This document shows, in pieces, positions 42,461 to 43,627 of a stretch of DNA of 43,627 bases. Position numbers and translations under genes: made by a program. The stretch comes from a virus. Lineage: Duplodnaviria; Caudoviricetes. How positions within the stretch are numbered: the stretch's first letter is position 1; every line of letters begins with the position of its first letter. The notes under the pieces were generated by a model that ran no database searches, was not told the origin of the DNA, and saw nothing but the letters and a program-made list of their open reading frames with translations. The DNA is taken from positions 1 through 43,627 of the IMG/VR virus record IMGVR_UViG_3300019874_000009. One strand, given 5' to 3'.

Positions 42461-43314
42461 GCGGTCGACGCTAGCAGGTCCGGCCGCCGCCGCACCAGCC
42501 GCGCGAACCGGGGCCGGACAGACTTCTCCTGCCAACCCTCGTGCGCCACCGACACGATCTCACCGACGGTGAGCGACATGTCGCCGCGCTTGCTCACCGC
42601 GAACAGGTGACCGCGCCACTCCAACCGCACCGCCGTTCGCCCGACGGACACGACCGTGCAGTCGAGCTCGTCGGTCGCCTTGATCTTGAGCTTCGATCGG
42701 CGACCGCCGAGCGGCGCATCGAGGTCGACCACCACGAGGCCCTCTCCATCGGAGTCCGGCCCCCATCGCCCCCACGCCTCGTCGATGCGTGCGGTTGGTA
42801 CCTGCGGAACGATGGGGGCCAGGCGCCAGTCCGTGGGGTGACCCTCGACGTACCGCCCTGTCAAGCGCGAATGCGCATCGCCCTCCGCGTCGCGAACCCA
42901 TGGCACCTCGCCCGCCAGGTTCACGATCTCGGACTGCATCCGCCACAGCAGATCCCGCCGGGCGCGATACGTGTCCCGGCCCACGAATCGCCCGCCCTCC
43001 GCTCGCTCGATGTCGAACAGGTGTAGGAGCGTGTAGCCCCGCGTGCGCACCGCCCGGATCGACCGCTCCGTCCACGCCTCGAGCTCGCCGATTAGCACCG
43101 AATTGGACCAGCCCAGGCGCGCCCCCATGAGCGAGCGCCCGGGTCCGGCCCCTAAATTTGCACCACCGCGCGATAGCAGCCCCGCACAGCGGCCCTGAGC
43201 GTCCAAGCGCACGCGGACGACGACCCCGTCGAGCTTCGGCTGCACGGCCCAGCGGGGCCCCAGACGCGCGGTCGCCTCGAGCGTGGTTCGCCCCCTGGCG
43301 CCGCCCGGGATCAC
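42451..43314 (-). CDS. Minimal ATP-dependent DNA ligase
   Basis: Motif I QPKLDG, SR, III LIGEL, IIIa LFDI, IV GEGLVV, V KLKIK, VI PRF..RRPD. Confidence 0.8.
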   Translation of the reverse strand: MIPGGARGRTTLEATARLGPRWAVQPKLDGVVVRVRLDAQGRCAGLLSRGGANLGAGPGRSLMGARLGWSNSVLIGELEAWTERSIRAVRTRGYTLLHLFDIERAEGGRFVGRDTYRARRDLLWRMQSEIVNLAGEVPWVRDAEGDAHSRLTGRYVEGHPTDWRLAPIVPQVPTARIDEAWGRWGPDSDGEGLVVVDLDAPLGGRRSKLKIKATDELDCTVVSVGRTAVRLEWRGHLFAVSKRGDMSLTVGEIVSVAHEGWQEKSVRPRFARLVRRRPDLLASTACH

Positions 43315-43511
43315 GACTCCGGCCCCGTGCGCCTGGCCTCAAGCAGGTCCCCGAGCACCCGCTCGGCCTGGCGGAGGGCCGTCATCGTGCGCGCGTATCG
43401 GCCACCGACCGGGCCGCCAAGCTCCGCGATTCTCCGCACCTGCCGCCGAAGCCTTTCGCAGCGAGCCTCGGCCTCATGCAGCGTGATCGGGTGCTTCCGG
43501 GGGCGGGGCAT
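43311..43511 (-). CDS. Small basic protein (MPRPRK...)
   Basis: GGAGG RBS; GTGA overlap with ligase. Confidence 0.65.
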   Translation of the reverse strand: MPRPRKHPITLHEAEARCERLRRQVRRIAELGGPVGGRYARTMTALRQAERVLGDLLEARRTGPES

Positions 43512-43627
43512 CAGGACCTCCAAGTTTCACGGGGCAGGCCCCGGCGCAACCGGGTGCAAAACGACCGATTACTACCTGATTCGCGTGCAATTTCCCGGGG
43601 TTTCATAGAAAACAGCGCGGCGTGGCG

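Larger units (their letters stand above)
1..43627. mobile_element. Tailed dsDNA bacteriophage genome (siphovirus-like), near complete; no integrase seen
   Basis: Terminase-portal-scaffold-capsid-tail-tape measure-tail tip-holin order on the minus strand; replication and recombination genes; dense ATGA/GTGA/TGATG gene overlaps; no host housekeeping genes. Confidence 0.95.

Noticed and set aside
1-43627. Abundant CGATCG, GTCGAC and CTCGAG palindromes as a dispersed repeat system
   Set aside because: Explained by high GC and codon pairs such as ATC-GAC and CTC-GAG; enrichment cannot be shown without a computed null
1-43627. tRNA genes, att sites, terminal repeats, tail sheath
   Set aside because: None recognisable by inspection

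Overview
The whole window reads as a near-complete, high-GC (about 70% by eye) tailed dsDNA phage genome of siphovirus type: no tail sheath, a 413-aa tail tube and a 665-aa tape measure. No integrase, tRNA, rRNA, CRISPR array or reverse transcriptase is visible. Layout: (1) 1-4867, a minus-strand replication/regulation operon with a PD-(D/E)XK nuclease, a GGAACC iteron array (candidate origin), an AAA_25/RepA-type helicase, an N6/N4 DNA methyltransferase, DUF2188 and an HTH regulator. (2) 4979-11360, a plus-strand operon with a RecE/ExoVIII-like nuclease, an LNKTN-motif protein, an M15 peptidase endolysin, a minimal C5-methyltransferase-like protein and a truncated XF1762-like gene. (3) 11350-15556, an accessory island of tiny genes transcribed divergently from two sigma-54-like promoters around a fold-back intergenic region. 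(4) 15621-43511, a long minus-strand late region (minimal ATP-dependent DNA ligase, lectin-fold protein, terminase, portal, scaffold, capsid, head-tail proteins, tail, collagen/beta-helix tailspike, tail tip, holin and membrane genes). The most unusual elements are the translated iteron origin, the symmetric sigma-54 switch, the very small ligase heading the virion operon, two putative fibres sharing an N-terminal peptide, the tandem hairpin repeat in the scaffold leader, and the endolysin separated from the holin. All product calls come from motifs recognised by eye plus gene order; no database search was run.
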